Of a stretch of DNA of 15,590 nt, positions 15,519 to 15,590 are shown piece by piece. The position numbers were made by a program, and so were the translations under genes. Every line of letters begins with the position of its first letter. The first letter of the stretch is position 1. The notes beneath the pieces were generated by a model. That model ran no database searches. It had not been told where the DNA came from and was given only the letters and a program-made list of their open reading frames with translations. This stretch comes from a bacterium (GTDB lineage: Bacteria; RBG-13-61-14; DATKZS01): contig JAWOBU010000250.1 of the NCBI GenBank assembly GCA_046484135.1, positions 1-15,590 on the forward strand, in the 5' to 3' direction.

Positions 15519-15542
15519 CGCAAAGACGCGAAGGCGCAAAGT
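15519..15542 (+). repeat. Short tandem repeat, 3 x CGCRAAGN
   Basis: CGCAAAGA-CGCGAAGG-CGCAAAGT, upstream of pilY1. Confidence 0.5.
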
Positions 15543-15590
15543 AAAAAACACAACAAGATTAAGCCATTCTGACCTTTTATAGTAACAACC

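Overview
GC-rich bacterial window; the PilY1 architecture and gene style suggest a deltaproteobacterium-like organism, but that is inference only. In order: the 3' part of a PlsB-like glycerol-3-phosphate acyltransferase (+); a signal-peptide-bearing GH31 alpha-glycosidase (+); a tightly coupled six-gene minus-strand operon (10206->4034); a hairpin/REP-rich intergenic region holding that operon's sigma70-like promoter; a YjbQ/UPF0047 gene (+); and a 1432-aa acidic PilY1/PilC-like adhesin (-) with its own terminator. The operon encodes an HPr-kinase-like kinase, a radical SAM protein with a SPASM/Twitch-like Cys-rich tail, a TolB/PD40 beta-propeller lipoprotein, a lasso-peptide B2-like (transglutaminase-fold) Cys protease, a PAPS sulfotransferase and a variant galactokinase. 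It is the most interesting element. It carries RiPP/lasso-type maturation enzymes but no visible precursor, RRE/PqqD, lasso cyclase or exporter, and a secreted lipoprotein sits in its middle. It is a candidate uncharacterised peptide or protein modification system. A nested 29-bp palindromic insertion inside a REP-like hairpin is visible in the operon leader.
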